From Geosiphon pyriformis uo1 (taxonomy: Eukaryota; Fungi; Glomeromycota): DNA of 64,000 nt. Location: positions 584,727 through 648,726 of the forward strand of contig JAAOMT010000741.1 in the NCBI GenBank assembly GCA_016748015.1. Direction: 5' to 3'. Positions 63,701-64,000 of the stretch are shown here, piece after piece (positions within the stretch are counted from its first letter, which is position 1; each line of letters begins with the position of its first letter). Position numbers and translations under genes: made by a program. Under the pieces are notes generated by a model. It was not told the origin of the DNA. It saw only the letters and a list, made by a program, of their open reading frames with translations, and searched no databases.

Positions 63701-64000
63701 TATGGCCACTGGTTTCATTAGCAGGCTCACTGCTGATACTTGTACTTATCTTATAAAGACTTTGCACTGTTGGCTTCCTGTGGCTGTCCAGAAATGCATT
63801 TACAATAAATGTTATCCTAGTATCCTGTGTCTGTATTGTGGTAAGGTAGAGGTTTCTGATCATGTGTTTTCTTGTGTGGTTGATGATTTGGCTTACTGTC
63901 AGGTTCTGGAATCCTGCATGTCTTCTTAGAAGTCACTTTCTGAACTCTCTCTTTCCTCTTTGGTTGTGTTGCAGTTTATGTCGACCTGTGCTTCGGATTT
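57752..64000 (+). mobile_element. LINE copy D: least decayed; ORF1 57908-59713, ORF2 59710 to beyond the window (APE endonuclease, RT, RNase H, CCHC)
   Basis: GGDFNE, IDYVF, TDH (EN); KAAG, WKKAWVSMIPK, AGAFIDDTIW (RT); VYMDGS, ELQAITLALE, DSQAAL (RNase H); CLYCGKVEVSDHVFSC. Confidence 0.93.

Overview
Eukaryotic, intron-rich fungal genomic DNA. The gene set, short AT-rich introns and TE families point to Mucoromycota/Glomeromycotina, and the retroelements resemble those I recall from Geosiphon pyriformis (inference, not verified). The first ~36 kb is a gene region containing a PKA catalytic subunit, an MBD4-like glycosylase, a PB1 + Rxt3-like protein, a dispersed 5S rRNA gene, a secreted subtilisin, a Sola1-like transposase relic next to an intact restriction-endonuclease-fold gene, a hAT MITE in the promoter of a Ctr copper transporter, a PPR protein, a Pps1 phosphatase and Irc6/AAGAB. 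24.6-33.1 kb and 38.4-64 kb are nested retroelement islands. They hold four copies of one RNase H-bearing LINE group at four stages of decay, two solo LTRs, and a full-length Ty3/Gypsy element. The Gypsy element is unusual: a Cys-rich insert plus dUTPase between protease and RT, an integrase that may be a separate ORF, and an extra 3' ORF. The retroelements, but not the genes, show heavy C>T/G>A decay (CpG loss plus non-CpG transitions), which suggests repeat-targeted, RIP-like or methylation-driven mutagenesis. At least three host introns appear to need GC-AG donors. All gene models and alignments were done by eye.
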